Source: Anthoceros angustus (taxonomy: Eukaryota; Plantae; Anthocerotophyta). Taken from it: DNA of 64,000 bases. The stretch lies in contig MU008155.1 in assembly GCA_010909165.1 (NCBI GenBank), positions 744,001-808,000 on the forward strand, read 5' to 3'. Under the pieces are notes generated by a model that was not told the DNA's origin, ran no database searches, and saw only the letters and a list, made by a program, of their open reading frames with translations. Of this stretch, positions 1 through 13,894 are shown one piece after another. Each line of letters begins with the position of its first letter. The first letter of the stretch is position 1. The position numbers and the translations under genes are program-made.

Positions 1-970
1 AAATGCCAAAAATGTTAGCTCGCGCGGACTTGGCTATCAGTTAACCCCTCTTCTTCTAGGGGTTGGTTTGCCACTCTCCTCATCCGCTCCAATCTCTCCT
101 AGCGGCGACTCCTCCCCTGAGAGGGCACAACTTGTCGTTCCCTTTATTTTCTCCTCCTTCACTCACGTTCTGCTGCCGATTTCGACTGGTGACCTAGGTG
201 TGGCTGGGTTCCTCTTCTGCGTGTCCTTCCCTTCGACCCCGTTCGGCCGTCGCGCCCTCCTTCTTGCCCTTGGAAACCTCCCACCTTTAGAACCTTCTAG
301 GGGCGCATTCCCAAGCTACTTTGGAATCCTTGCCGAATCCTCCTTACCTCCTCCTCCTCTACCTTGAGTTCCACGGCCGGTTTCCAGCTGAAGGCGGACC
401 GACTTCAACTCCGTTAAACACGGAATGCGCGAACACATGAATTAGAAAAGGTGAAATCAAGGAGGGCCGAGGGAAGGAGAGCAATTCGCCTCTCCTCAGG
501 CTCTTTCAAGATCATCCTCCCCAATCAATTTGTGTACCTTTAACCACCTCGTGAAGAAAGACCAAGTGATGCCATATGATCAACTTCCGATTACGAAACA
601 CAAAATCCATTTGGCCAATCCCACAGTGCTTGAGACACGAGTTGGCGAGTCACCCATCCATTGTTCACTCTCACTTCCCGGGCTTCATGGCGCGGCTGCG
701 GCTCGGTCTTCTTTCTGGGGTCAATTACCAAGCTCCATCCTCGATGCTTCTCGCCCCTTTGCTCGAAAGAGTCCCAAATCCAGTTTGCGGCCTCTTCCTC
801 GCGTCACCCTCTTGCGACTTGGTTCTCAATTGGCGCACTCTTGCACCAATCGGTCGTAACACCATTTCTTCTCCATAACTTGGACCCGGCTCACACGGTG
901 CCGCTCTCACTTTCCGATGGTCCATGTTGTTGGCCGCATGAGTGAAATTTCGGCGCGGCTCGGGCGCCAT
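1..970 (-). pseudogene. LTR-borne accessory ORF of element A, 3' LTR copy (N-terminal part, frameshifted)
   Basis: ATG GCG CCC at 970; NMDHRKVR, NNGWVTRQL, GLAKWILC, HEVVKG and IDWG motifs in shifting frames. Confidence 0.7.
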
Positions 971-1565
971 CTCCTTTCTCGTTGTTTCAAAAAAAAACAC
1001 TCCTGCGGGTCGAGAAGGAAAAAATCGTCTCCTCCGCCTCGCTGGCGCTCTTCCGCCTCCTCCGAACTTGTGCCGGTTCTCTTTTCGCCCGCCGTGCGCA
1101 CTCGTCGCGCTCCTCACCTGCAGAGCGGAGCTCCGCGGCGGTTGCATGCGCCTTCTGCTGCGGCTCGCCCTCACGGAATGACCTCGCGGTCTTTGGGTGT
1201 GCCTCTCGATTGCGCTCCGTGGCGGCCACTCCGCCACTAGGGTTGTAAATTCCCACAGTGCATGCGTCCGTTTCTTGCCACCGTGGTGGAACTACCACCC
1301 CCCACTGGCTGTGGCATGTGAGCATCCCTAGCATATATAGACACCTTTTTATTCTAAAATTCCCAATACCCAAGGACTCTATCTACCACCCTATCAGGTC
1401 AAACCTAAGGTTCGAAAAAAAAATTATTATCTCCAAGGGCCAAGGACCATTCCGTATAAAAGACCTTACCAGGCGATTCTCAAAGCACTTTGCTATACAA
1501 ACACTCTCAAAAAAAAAATCGTTCATCCGACACTTGAGAGGGGTTAGTGTATATGTGGTCTTCCA
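1..1565 (-). repeat. Element A 3' LTR (partial)
   Basis: Begins immediately after PPT AAATGAGAAGGGGAGTA; homologous to both halves of the split 5' LTR. Confidence 0.9.
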
Positions 1566-1582
1566 TACTCCCCTTCTCATTT
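1566..1582 (-). other. Polypurine tract of element A
   Basis: AAATGAGAAGGGGAGTA on the minus strand, directly before the LTR. Confidence 0.85.
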
Positions 1583-1600
1583 GTTGGCGTCCTCGCCAAC

Positions 1601-4600
1601 TTATTGGTAATATTTTTAACTTGACCGTTGACCGTTGGCGGGCGATCCACTAAAATCGAGTTGAATTGATCCGTTGTCGAAAACTTACAAAACGAAGGGC
1701 CCCATCCACCTTAGATGTAATTTACGGAAAATGCATGTATCGGTTATCGTATAGTAAAGCGGATCCCGGGAACAACGTATTCTTGGCGCTTCAATCTCTT
1801 GTCGTGCCATTCCTTCCTCTCTTTGGACATCCGCATAACTTGGAGGCTTCTCTCTTCGTGTGTATCTGAAATCACCAACCTTTTCCAATGACTTTCCTCC
1901 GGCATTCGACTTTCTGTCTCGGTGGAACTTGAATTCTATTGGCATGGGTGAATGCCATAAGATAATCTGAGTCTGCTGCGTTGTCACCTTTTCCATGATC
2001 GGTATGCCCAGTCTTGAATCACGATTTCATATCGATCATATACATAGGCGGTGAGTTTGGTTAGGATCTTGCACAACAAGCCATTTGCCTTTTTTGTTGG
2101 CTTTTGGGTTATAGGGTGGTCTTCACTGTGACATTGAAGTGGTTGGTCATGTTGGAATTACGATTGTGAAATGTGTTCCTATCAGCGACCGGCTCGTGAG
2201 CCATATCGAGTGATGATTTGCTCGAGCAGGAATCGGCCACGGCGTTGAATCTACCGCGGTGCTTCTACCATCCGCGATGTCTGTGGCCACGGGATGTATT
2301 GGTTTTGGCGAGCCTTGGTTTTGGTGGATGGGCCGACAAAATCGATTCCCCATTTCTCGAATGGTGCGGTGCAAGTATGGGGACAAGGGGCCATTGGGTT
2401 GTTCGTTGGCTTGCCGACCCTTGGCGTCACGGCTTCGAACTCCTTGGCATCCTTGTACATTGTAGGCCACCAATAGGACCTCAAAATTTTCACGCATGTG
2501 ACATGCGGCGGCATAATGACCTCCGCCTCTTCTTCGTGTAAAGCTCGGGACTCGCTCACACTTGGCGTGCCCACTCGCTCCTGCCGGGATTCGGTATAAG
2601 TTCATATGTGTCTTAGATAGTGCGGAGTAGTGGACACGCTTTGTCTTGGAAGATGTGGAGAATTTGGCCCGTGCCAGATAATCGTATATCTCGATATGTT
2701 GGTCTTGTGAACCTCTCCTCCCTTCTCAATCGATCTTGGCTCCTCCACCCTTCAGGCCCGGCTTCCTGTTGGTTTCGACCTGCGAAACAATGTCTCGGGA
2801 AAATCGTCTTCTGGTTTTTTCCTGTTTCAATCGAGATATGAAGTCGGCATTGATATGCTTCCTCTCTCGTTTGTGACTCTGAGCGGTGATCCAGTGCTAT
2901 CGTCCGTCCAAAGGTCGAGTTTATTCACAAGGTGTTTCAAGGCAAAGTGGTCAACATGGAACACAAATTCATACGAGAGGAGGTAGTGTATGCGAATTTC
3001 CGGTAAATTCCATTTGGTCCCTGGTATACTTTTAGTTCGCGTCCGTTAGTTGTCTCGCATAGTAGATCGGAAAATCCTTCTTCTTCTCATCCTAGCTGGT
3101 GACCGATTGCAAATCTTTGAAACATCAGCAGCTGGAACTTCTTACTCGATCCGGTCCTTTAGCGTGGGGTAGTGTCGTGAGTCTGAAATGCTTCCTCCGT
3201 TCGTCGTCCACTCCGATCCTTCCTTAACAAGCTCGTTAGTGGGGCAGCCGGCGAAATTTGGAGCAAGCGTCTATAATGCATCCATTCGGGAACCCAGTTC
3301 CTTTAGCGTTATTGGTGCTCTAAGGGTGGCGATGACCTTTACCTTGTCGGATCTACTTCTATACCTCGGCTTGAAATTCGATGCCCCGAATTCCTTGACA
3401 TGTAGCACTTTTACGGATGCGAGGCATAATTGCGTGGTTTGCTCCGGCACCGGAGGTCGACGGATGGTCCTTGGCCGAATCGTCGTCGGAAAACTTCCAT
3501 AAAGTCGCGAAGGAAGTCCTTGAAAATTTTGACGATGGCTCGCATGAAGGACCGGTGCTCCGTCAACCAAATCTGGCGCTTGTAAGCATATGTCCCCAGT
3601 CCGGTTGTAAAAGCGGTCGGTGACGCTCTCCCTAAGGTGCGGTGATTATACCAGTACCATCTAGGAATGAATCGCCATTACACTGCGACGGATCGAGGAT
3701 ATTATCGATGAAGGTAGCGGAAAGTGATCCTTCTTGGTGACCTTATTCAACCTTCTCGATCTCGACAAATTTTTGCCTCTTAGGTACTACCACTATTGGA
3801 GCCACCCATTCGGTATTGACTATAGGATAGATCACATCCTTGAGTACATCTCAAGCGATCCTTTACCTTGAGGAGTACTTGGTTTAACTTGTCTTGTGGA
3901 ATCCTTCTGGGATTGCTCGGTTCCGAGTCAATCCTATGCTCCCATTCTTTGGGGATCCCTTCATGTGTTACCTCGAAAACATCGATGAATTACGCAGCGG
4001 TTGCTTCATTCCTTCCTCCAACGCGCATCCATTGTTCGGAGAATTTGAGCACCTTCCACGGAAGAACCTCAACGTCCTTGACTTCATGCTGTACCCTCGC
4101 TCAGTGCGGTGCTAACCGAATCCTTCTTACGGCTCCGGTTCCTCTTCTCTCATGCCCCATTCCAAACAAATCCTCCGGCGTGAAGCGCGCCTCCTGTTTC
4201 TCCACTCCTTGCTCCACGACCCCTTCGCCAGTTCGGGCGGTTACCACGACCCTCTGGGTTAATTGTATATGGATATCTGCGGTAGTCCACTCCTCATCGA
4301 GACCATGAGATGTGCGAGGAACCTATCTTCCTCTTTCATCTCCCACGTGTCCTCTGAGTGTACCTTTTTGATTGGAGTTTCACGCATACATGTCCTTACT
4401 CCGATAGGCACATCCTCCCTCCTTGGTCTTGGGATCCCATTCCAGTTTAAAACCGACTTCCTTCTTCCCCATTTGGCGTGCATTGCGATCGTACATCCAT
4501 GTTCGACCAATTAGGCGTCGTATACCGGCGATTTCTTTGGATGACTACATAATCCATCAAGTAGGGATGGTTCCAATGTCGTTAGCACCTGAGTTCCCCG

Positions 4601-7047
4601 GCACCATTACGGACATGTCGCCAGCATAAAACCTTGGTATGTCAATTTCCAATTTGTTTTTCATAATATTTACACGACCCGTGTCGAGAGGCACTCCTTT
4701 GATGCATCCGAAATTTCCACAGGTTGGTGGGCCTTGATCCACCATGGATACCAAGTTCATGGCTTTGTATAGGAACATTGCGCCTCTTTTTGGTTGCGCC
4801 TTTTAACGCCCTCGATCTGCTTGCCTACGCGGTTGTCTCGGAGGAGTTGTCGAATGTGATCATGAAATGTTGGTCCATGATGGCCTCGAGATTGAAAAGC
4901 GGTGGCCATCTTTTCGCCATCCGAGTTTGGTTTGTAGATTCATGGTGGCTTGGTACGGTGGGGTGGGGTGGTGGACTCCAGTGGTGGAAATCGACACGCC
5001 TTTTCCCACCTTGCCTTCCCTTCTCTTGTATCATAACTTCTCTTCGTCGGTGGAAACCCCTTCTTTTTCACGATCGGTAGCTTGTAAGTGTCTTGATTAT
5101 GTCCTTCATTCCTTTCCGCTTTGGAACCCTCGTCCTTGGAACACTCTTTGCTCTCATTCCATCACATATTGGTTCAACTTTTCGCTTGTTCCACCTGCGC
5201 GGTTGTTTTATATTCCCCAGGCGTGGCGCTCCTCATCGATCCCATGGTCGTATCCGCCTCCTTTCTTCTTTTTTCCCACGCCTCTCTTTGCTTTTGTGCT
5301 CCTTGTTCTATGACCATGGCGGCTTCCCCATAATAATCGCTTCTGGTCTAATCCCTCAAGCTCCTCGGGGTTCCAATCTCGGCATCCTCCCATACCGCCA
5401 TAAGTCGTCCTCAACATGCATGGCGGACCACGGACTTGGGGCGGTGAACTCCCGTTACGGGTGGTGCGATCACCGTCTTTCGGGGCTTTGGCGAGCACAC
5501 TTCGCCAAATGCCCTGCTGCAATCTTGACATAGTTTATCAAAATCTCCATTGCCTTGGAGTTGGATAAGGCGGTGCGCATAGTGTCAAGGTTGCGACAAT
5601 TATAGCACAAGGCGGTGCCCATTGGATTGTTACCCGGTGATTCTGAACCCACGGAATTCGTGGTTGGCGGGTACATGGTCTTTGGGTACACTTGGGTTGT
5701 TGAACCTCACGGATGTATGTATCTTCCAGGACCCTCTTCCTCCTTCCTCCTCATATCCGGCGTGTACCCTTGTCGTCGGACAATTAGCTTTGGAGTGTCC
5801 ACTGCTGCCCACGTTGAGCAGAGGTTGGCTCGTGGGTTCGTGTGACTCTCCCTCTCATGTTCCTTGACCGCATTAAGATGGAATTTCTCGAATTTTGCCA
5901 TCATCTCCTCCATCTTGTTCCCTGTTGTTCTACTTTCTTGGCTGCTACCTCGGCCTCCCTCCTTTTATTCGCGTCCTTTTTGCGTACATCGCCTCTGTTT
6001 TGCCCTTGACTCCTTGTTGTCCGTGCGACCCTTCATTTCTTTTTCCATTTGGCGCTCCTCATCGATGGCCTTCCTCAGGCTGTCACTCGTTTCCTCCTCA
6101 GGAACTTTACATGGAATCTTACATGGAGCTCTCTTCACGATGAACTTTCTTAGGAGGATGAGGATCCCTTCTTTTTCCATCCAGGCTTCTTCTTCTCCTT
6201 CTTAGCCTTCCTCCTCCCTTGCGGGTTGGATTCCTCATAGTTTAGCGCCGCCTTGATAGCCTTGCCCAAATTCTTCTCCGCTTGTAACCTTCGTGTCTCC
6301 CCATCTTAGAACCCGGGCCTTTAGCGAACCACCGTATTGCAGCAACTCGAGTGAGGGCCACTTGATCGCGTGGTATGAAACCTCTCCACATACGCAAGGT
6401 TTCCTTCTTTCCTCTGCGACTTTTCAAGCTTGGACAACACGTATCCCTCGTCAAGCCCCAGACCTCTCACAGGCGGTTTTAATTCTTCATAGGTTCTTTG
6501 GAGGTGTGGGTGACTTGAGGTATTCGCGCCTATACCACTTTTGGACCCCGAAGAACTCCATAGAAAGAATCTGTGTGCATCTCCGCTTCTGGTTTGCAAA
6601 TGTCATGCTCAAAGCGCTCAACAAATTCATCGGGTCTTCATACCCTTCCCTCTCCATCCCAGTGATAAGGTTGCTTGGTGGTGACCACCGGTGGTGGTGG
6701 TCATGACTATCGTTCTTGATTCGGTGGTTGGTCAACAACGGTTCTGCGAGTCGATTGATCTCCAACGATGCACACTTTTGGAAGGTGGGTGGATGGAATT
6801 GGTCGAGGTTCCTTGGCGGTGGTACCTCGTCCAAGTCGAGGTTGGGGATCTTGCTCCAACAAGATCGGACCCCGTCCACTGGTTGCTTCCTTACCTCCTT
6901 CTCCTCCCAGCAGTGCGTCTTGGTGGATCCTCCTCAACTCGCGGTTTGCAACCCTTTTCAACCTTTCCGATTGCTTGGCGTTGTCGCTTCTCTTGTGGCC
7001 TTCCGTCCGACTTGACTCTGAACCCTCGACTCAACCGTGGCATCCAT
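1601..7047 (-). pseudogene. Element A gag-pol (two zinc knuckles, protease, RT, RNase H, integrase), frameshifted
   Basis: Fragments include YEDPxxxLxxF (gag), SSGHSKANCP and CYNCRNL (knuckles), VPLDTG (protease), EWVAPIVVVPK (RT), APITLKEL, FEKWGIDFVGP and KLHLRWMGP (integrase GPY/F). Stop TAA at 1601-1603. Confidence 0.9.
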
Positions 7048-7120
7048 CTACCTAACTAGATACACTCCAAAACTAGACACCTAAGCTATGGTTAGTCCCC
7101 TATAACCTTGACAGTTTCAT

Positions 7121-7137
7121 TCCCGACAGCAGCGCCA
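7121..7137 (-). other. Primer binding site of element A (tRNA-Asp type)
   Basis: TGGCGCTGCTGTCGGGA, 3 nt after the LTR end ...TTCCACA; resembles the Athila PBS TGGCGCCGTTGCCGGGGA. Confidence 0.85.
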
Positions 7138-7539
7138 AAATGTGGAATGGGTTTTGCATCGAAGGCAAAAGAGGCCACATTTACCCTCTATGTCGTTATA
7201 GTCCTAGGATTCGATCCCAAGGGAATGGTGTTGTGTCAAGGTGTGCTAAATCTATGGATTCTAGACCTACCGTCGCTCACTACCCACCTTCTCCGGCTAC
7301 CTTACCCAAAACCCACCAGTGGTAGACTCGGCCACCATGGCGGTTGTTGTGGCGGTCCCACCAGCCGCCGCTTTCGCGTCTATTGTCACCGGCTCTCTCA
7401 CGGACCTAGGGGCTATGGGCATAACCTATATACACCTCACCTCTAAAATTTCGATTCCACCGCTTCCCTCCCTCGCATTTAGATTCCCTCACCCTCCGCA
7501 CTCATCTACCCCTTGAACCTTTCCTTCAATCTCCCTCCA

Positions 7540-7650
7540 CGGGCCACCACAGACCCCTCTCCCACACCCCTCCTTCACAGACCCCTCCTTGGGCCACCAC
7601 AGACCCCTCCTTGGGCCACAGACCCCTCAGGACCACAGACCCCTCCTTGG
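7540..7650. repeat. Short tandem repeat (~19-21 bp unit, GGCCAC(CA)CAGACCCCTCCTT-like, ~5 copies) in A LTR
   Basis: Repeated 'cacagacccctc' units visible in the sequence. Confidence 0.75.
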
Positions 7651-7954
7651 AATGAACACACAGTGGCGGCGGTTGGAAAGAGGATCGGGAAAACCCGGTC
7701 GGTGCTTGGGCGATTCGCCTTCGATTCCGCCTCGGCCTTCCGCGGCAATTCCTACCTCTTTTTCGGTGGCCTGCCTTCCGTCACCCAGTGGAGCTTGGCC
7801 ACTCCGCTCTCGACCATCCGAGGATCTTCCGGCCTTCTTGTGTGAGGCGGTGCATCGAGCAGTTTGATCTTGATCGAACGTCTCCAATCAACCTCGCGCA
7901 TAGCTTCAACACGGAAGTTCACACGAAATTATGCATTGGGAGACTCTCAAGGGT

Positions 7955-7962
7955 CTCTTATA
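7955..7962 (-). promoter_or_regulatory. Candidate TATA box (TATAAGAG) for A genomic RNA
   Basis: Same octamer downstream of the LTR ORF in all four families; ~0.8 kb from the LTR 3' end. Confidence 0.55.
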
Positions 7963-8306
7963 CATTGTTGTGGATTTCCACGACTCACTCCTACCGATGT
8001 CTGAAAATATGGCCCACTACCACGGCGCTCCTACCAATTCGAAACTACTGACCACGGGTCCTCAAAACATCCTATCCCTACCCCAAAAAGCCTCGGCCTA
8101 TGATGTCGCGCTCCTAAAATCGGTAGCGGCGCGTCATGATTCTTTGCCTAGCCACTATGCGGTGGGGTTCCGTCGCTCTCGCTCTCACCTGCGCCTGATC
8201 AGGCGATTCTCCCCAAAACCTCCACCTCGGCATCACTGCTGCGGTTTCTTGGCGTCTTCCATGGGCGTCGTTCGTCTATAGGCCCTAGGCATTATTCCGC
8301 TCCTCA

Positions 8307-10180
8307 TCATTTGACAGCCACCGTGTGCTCCTCCCTCACGCCACAGCTTGCCTCATTTCCTCGATCACCACTTGGGGGTAGGCCCCGCTCCCGTTCGGAA
8401 GAACCAGTGGCAGTGGCGGTCAAGATGTCGACCAATAGTTTACGCCCCTCTGTCCCAACAACCACATACACATTTAGAGTGAGCAGCTCACCATGCGAAG
8501 CCGAGGACATGAGCATCCTCATCCAGCGTAACTGTCGCTCTTGACTACGGAGGTTCTTACCCTCTCCTCCGTGGACAATCACAGGCAGGCGCCTTGGGAA
8601 TCCGGAGGATCGTATCCCACTGCGGCGCTCTTGTCGGTGACTTCCCCACCTCGGTTCCTCCTTCGGCGGTGGCGGTTTAGCCACCGTGGTGGTAGTTTCC
8701 CCAGTGGTGGCTTGCTCTGCGGTTCTTTGTGGCTCTGCCCTTCTTGGTTTGGCCACCTCTCTCTTGACTCGGCCTAGCTTCATCTCTCTCGCTTATATCT
8801 CTCTTGACTTCTTGAATTTCTCGGGCGCCATTGTTTCCATTTGTTCACAGGCTCATGAGACCTCATCTTGAAACTCCTCGATTGTGGCATCGCTTGACTG
8901 ATTCACTAAGGCCTCTGTTGGGTGGACATGGCCTTTGGCTCATGCCTTGCATAGGCGCCTCGCATTCCGTCTGCGCTCCTGCCACCTTGTTCTCGCCTTC
9001 GGGCTCTCCAACTTCTCCTTGAGCAACTTTTCTGTTGGCACACTCGGCCGGTGAGAGCCATGGCGGCTGAAGATCGCTGCGAGCCATGGCCAGAAGTCAA
9101 GAGACTGCAGATTCCAATTAGGGCTGTCCGTGCCCATTCCTTCCACAACAATTCTCGCCTTGGTGTCACTGCCTGATGGGGACGGGTCGGTGAAATGTCG
9201 CCAAAAATGTTCGGAGCTCGCGGACTTGGCTATAGTTAACCCCTCTTCTTCTAGGGGTTGGTTTGCCACAATCTCCTCATCGCTCCAATCTCTCCTAGCG
9301 GCGACTCCTCCCCTGCACAGGAGGGCACAACTTGTCGTTCCCTTTTATTTTCTCCTCCTTCACTCGCGTTCCTGCTGCCGATTTCGACTGGTGACCCTAG
9401 GTGTGGTACATGGGTTCCTCTTCTGCAGTGTCCTTCCCTTCTTGTGACCCCGTTCGGCCGTCGCGCCCTCAGCTTCTTGCCCTTGAAACCTCCCCACCTT
9501 GTCCAGATCTTCTAGGGCGCATTCCCAAGCTGGAATCCTTCCGGAATCTTCCACTCCTCCTCCTCTACCTTGAGTTCACACGGTTTCCGGCTATGAAGGC
9601 GGAACCGACTTCAACTCAGTTAGACAGGAATCTGCGAACACATGAATTAGAAGGTGAAATCAAGGAGGTCGAGGGAAGGGAGAGCAAGTCGCCCTCTCCT
9701 CAGGCTCTTTCAAGATCATCCGCCCCAATCGATTTGGTACCTTTAACCACCTCATGAAGAAAGACCGAGTAGTGCGCCATATGATCAACTTCCGATTACT
9801 GCGACACAAAATCCATGGCTAATCCCACGGTGCTTGAGAACCACGAGTTGGCGAGTCACCCATCCATTATTCACTCTCACTTCCCGGGCTTCATAGCGCG
9901 GCTCTCGGGGTCTTCTTTCTGGGGTCAATTACCAAGCTTCCATCCTCGATGCTTCTCGCCCGCCTGCTGCTCGAAGAGTCCCAAATCCCGTTTTGCGGCC
10001 TCTTCCTCGCGTCTCCCTCTTGCAACTTGGTTCTCAATTGCGGGCGCACTCTTGCACCAATCTTTGGTACACGTAACATTTCATCTCCATAAATTCCAGA
10101 CCCGGCTCACGCAGTGCCGCTCTCACCTTCCAGTGGTCCATGTTGGGCCCTTTGCATGATAACGGCCGCCTCGGCGCCAT
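8307..10180 (-). pseudogene. LTR-borne accessory ORF of element A, 5' LTR copy (~1.9 kb, frameshifted)
   Basis: MAPRRPLSCKGPNMDHWKVRAALREPGLEFME start (ORF 10034-10249), FLHEVVKG at ~9735-9760, then coiled-coil and Pro-rich segments (ORFs 8940-9269 and 8307-8783). Confidence 0.72.
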
Positions 10181-10744
10181 CTCTCTTTCTCCTTGTTTCT
10201 TGGAAAAGAACCCAACACTCCACCTGTGGAGTGGGAAAAGGAACACCACCCTCGCGTCTCCTGCATCGTTCTGTTGGCGCTCTTGCCTCGTCTCTTTTCC
10301 TCCTTAGCTACTCCCGGGCCTCAGTTCTCTTTTCCTTGGCCGCGTGTGGTGGGAGGTTCCGGGACCCCGGAACCCTCGACCTGTGGCAGCCACACTTATC
10401 CTGTCGGTTCGTGCAGTGGGTTTCGTTCCACGAAGGGTGGGGAGCCCTTCCCTTTCGATGGAGGTGCGCCCTCCACGGACCTCTCGACTCACGGCTCCGT
10501 CGGCGCCCGTGACTAGCGCCCCCTCCTGCAGTGACCCACCCTCGGTAAGTCACACTACCCTACGCGCGATGACTCGTCGGGCGGACCTCGTCGCGAGAGG
10601 CACCAATCTGCGGCGACCTTGGGACCCCAAATCACCGTCTGGTGGGCAATCCTCCACCAGCGTAGTTCCTACACTCCCTAAGACCCTTCTCGTGACAAAT
10701 TTGGGGCCGCCCCTCAAGCTCTTATCCACCCTTGAAATTTCACC

Positions 10745-10960
10745 TTCCCTCTCTTTTCTAGGTTTCTTCCTCCTCTCTTCTCTTTTTGTCTTTTCTCTTT
10801 TCTCTCTTGCTCCTTCCTTCTCCTCTCTTGCTCCCTATCCTCTCTAGCTCCTCTCTCTCTCGCTCTCCTCTCTCGCTCTCTCTCTCTCTTTTTCTTTTCT
10901 CTCTCTCCTCTCTTCTCCTCTCTTCTCTAATCTACCTCTTCCACTCTTCCTAGCTAACTT
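10745..10960. repeat. CT-rich low-complexity tract in D LTR (second copy ~39640-39875)
   Basis: Pyrimidine-only (CT)n-like stretch in both D LTRs. Confidence 0.8.
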
Positions 10961-11300
10961 CTCATTACAGGCGCCCTCACAGCCTCCCGGCCAGCGCCTC
11001 GAGATCATAGGCATTGCCCTCACGGACCTAGGCCGGACATTTGGCTACTGGCGGCGTCCGCGTCTTTGGATTTTGCTAGGGGTCTTCCCACGATGCAGCC
11101 GTCACTGCAACCACAATGCGCTCCTCACGCTCGACACTACCGGTGCTACCTCCGGAAAGAAAGGTTTGGGCCCGCCCTCACAGTCACGCACCTCAAGACC
11201 CTACGGACACCATGCACCCTCACACGGTGGCATGCGCTTGTGTAGCAAGACAAGCACACCGAGGAGGCAAGGCATGACATTTTATTATGGGGCTCCTCCC

Positions 11301-11308
11301 CTCTTATA
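11301..11308 (-). promoter_or_regulatory. Candidate TATA box TATAAGAG in D LTR (second copy ~40228-40235)
   Basis: Octamer and position conserved across families. Confidence 0.55.
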
Positions 11309-11461
11309 GGAGCTCCCCAAACCCTAGCATTAATTAATTAAGTGGGGTAGGTGGGGTTGCTTACGGTTTTAAGTAGGTGGCCTCTTAAAGGTTCTTAACC
11401 TACCTCCTAACAATCCCACTAACCCCTAGGGGTCTTAATGACCCATTCACTCCCCTACCAA

Positions 11462-13740
11462 CTATCGCCTACTTCTTCTTGGGTGTTGGCCCAACCACCA
11501 TCTTCCTCCTCTTGGCTTGGGGGTCCCGTCCAGGATCTCTTCACTCGTCGTCATGACGGGGAACCTCCACATCTCGGCGATGTTGTGAGGCTGGGCGCCC
11601 CCTCTTGCAGGCGCTCTTGTAGAGCACGGCCTCTCTATAATCTGTCTTGCCCGCGCAATTACCTCAGGCGGTTGGGTGTTGGTGCAACTCTGTCCTGGCG
11701 GACACCCCACCAACTCTACCGGCTGTGAAATCTCTTCCTCTTCCATTGGCTCCTCCACATTGAGCCTTGCATCCATTCACTCTCCAAGTCCCGAATCTCA
11801 GGCGGGGGTGCAATTCTTCAAAATCTCACATCGTCATCGTGGGGACCCAACAACTTCCTTGTCAACAAGGCAGCATCTCCTTGGCAAACTTGTTGACCCT
11901 AGCATGTAAGTGGACTGCATCTCCACGGCCCTTCAACAAATCTCATCAAATTCCTCGGGCCACTCTCCACGAGGCTATCTTACCATAGCGCATCCCTCTC
12001 AAGCGTCACCTCACTCAAAAGGCGTAGTGACATTTCGGCATCTCTCTTCCATGCCTCCGGTATCCCTTGCGCCATGCATAATCGGCTGGGCGTTGCTTCT
12101 GACGACCGACATCACGATGCATCATTTTCCTCCGGTGAGCTACCTCTTCCTTCCACCGTTGGGCCTCCGTTGCTTGCAGAGCTCCTCACTCCTTGCTCCA
12201 TGTGCTGTCCTTCCTCCGGCTCCTTGAGCTTGGCCTCGATTCTTCATTCTTGGCTTGGCGCCTCGGTCCCAGGGCAGTCTTGGCGTCCCTATTCTCTTTC
12301 TTCTCGGCTGAAGGGAGTCTTCTTGCCACTCCTTCCCATCGGGCGGTCTCCTCAATCTTACGGTTGAGGTAGCCACTTCCTTCATTCGCTCCCTACTTTC
12401 TTGTCTCGGCCTGTTCTTCAATCTTGCTTTGAGCCCCAACCTTCTCTCAGTCAACTAGGCCCTTTACTAGCGCCATCTCCTTGATAGCCTTGCTATCCTT
12501 CTCCCCACGGTAGGGCAATCGCTTGGTCATCACGGCGGCTCTCACCTCAACTCCTCTACTTCTGTAACTTGCTTCACTAATGGGTATCAATTAGGCGGCG
12601 GATGGTCGGTGAGATCCTTCAAAGCCTTTGTCTTCTCATTCCCCTCACAGGGGTCGACTCATGCCTTTCTCTTGGTGGCTCTCACTCCCCATATCGATGT
12701 TGGGTGGAACTCCTGACTCGGTCATCTCACAGGGTGGGGTTACCACCACTGCTCCATGGGGGTTGCCTCCTGTACACATGGTGGCACGCCACCTCTTCCT
12801 CTTGTGCTTGTCTCCCCACAGGGCGGGCACTCTCCTTCCTTGGCGTCGGGGCCAGGGGTGGTCTCATCATCCAAGATCACCACGGTGAAGCACTCCTTGC
12901 TCCACCTTGGGTTCCTCCTCTGCCTTCTTCACCTTCTTAGGAGGGACCCTGTCTCCCTCGGAGGGACCACTTCAAATGGTGGTAAGACTCCTCCGGCTCT
13001 TCTTGTCGATAACCCATGTGCCCCCACAGCACGGTAAGTACTCAAATGGTGTGCCTCGCCCCTCATTATCCACAATGTTTGGCCTCTGACTTGTCTCGGT
13101 GATGCTCATAGGCCCGACATGGTTGTCCCCGGTCGGTGAGCTCCTTGCTTGACTTCCACATGAAATGAAAGAATGCCTTTCTTTGAAGTAGGTGGTTTGT
13201 GGTCATTAAAACTATCCTTGTAAAAGCTTCCACTTGAGGTCAGCAATCTTATCATCCTCCGACCATTCAGCGTCTTGGCGTCTATCCCTCGATGAGCATC
13301 TTTGAGAGCTTCCTCGGGAAGGTCGACCACTGCTCTCTTTCCATCTTCATTCCTCTCGTGGAGCCACACCATCACTCGGTTTACGGCCTCCCATACACCT
13401 TACGAATGTCTTTGGTCCATCCCTTGGATCTGTCGCGTTCCTCTCAGTCCTCTGTTTCTCCCTCCGTCGATTCGTTTGCTGTGAAGACTCAACCAATTCC
13501 ACATTAGAATAGGCCCAATGCCTATCGTAAACCCAGGTACATTTTTCGTGACCTTGTCGAAAATCCCATAAGTCTCTGGAGGAGACTTGCAGCTACAAAA
13601 ATCCTGGCCCCTCCTTCTCGGATCCGTCCTTCGGGCTTCTCCTTCGCTTTTCTTCTTCTTCTCCTTGTGAGCTCGCTCCCTCCTTCTTTCTTTGGGCGCC
13701 GCACTCCTCCCGGAATTGCGCGTCTTCATCTCCACCACGC
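11462..13740 (-). pseudogene. LTR-borne accessory ORF of element D, 3' LTR copy (frameshifted; start uncertain)
   Basis: Chain of minus-strand fragments (13400-13738, 13106-13375, 12140-12454, 11462-11776) with a basic N-terminus, a DAKTLNG segment and a coiled coil. Confidence 0.62.
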
Positions 13741-13884
13741 CGACGGTCTCTTCTCCAAAATCCTTCCTGCTACGGTGGTCTTCTCCTCAAATTCTTCTAA
13801 GTGTTCTCCAGTGCATCCAGGCCTCCGTCGCTCGTCCTTGAGTCCTCGACCAACTCAAATGAGCTAAACACTCCCCTCTACTTA

Positions 13885-13894
13885 CATATATAGG
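13885..13894 (-). promoter_or_regulatory. Candidate TATA box CTATATATG upstream of the D accessory ORF (second copy 61099-61108)
   Basis: Same motif precedes the LTR ORF in A (1332-1341, 62138-62147) and B (14323-14332, ~25613-25622). Confidence 0.5.

Larger units (their letters stand above)
7141..10344 (-). repeat. Element A 5' LTR, 3' portion (rest at 61883-62397)
   Basis: Ends CCACA next to the PBS; ~9195-10210 duplicates 1-1000; interrupted at 10345 by element D. Confidence 0.88.

Noticed and set aside
7540-7650. CRISPR-like array
   Set aside because: Head-to-tail degenerate minisatellite with no unique spacers and no cas genes, in a eukaryotic retroelement.
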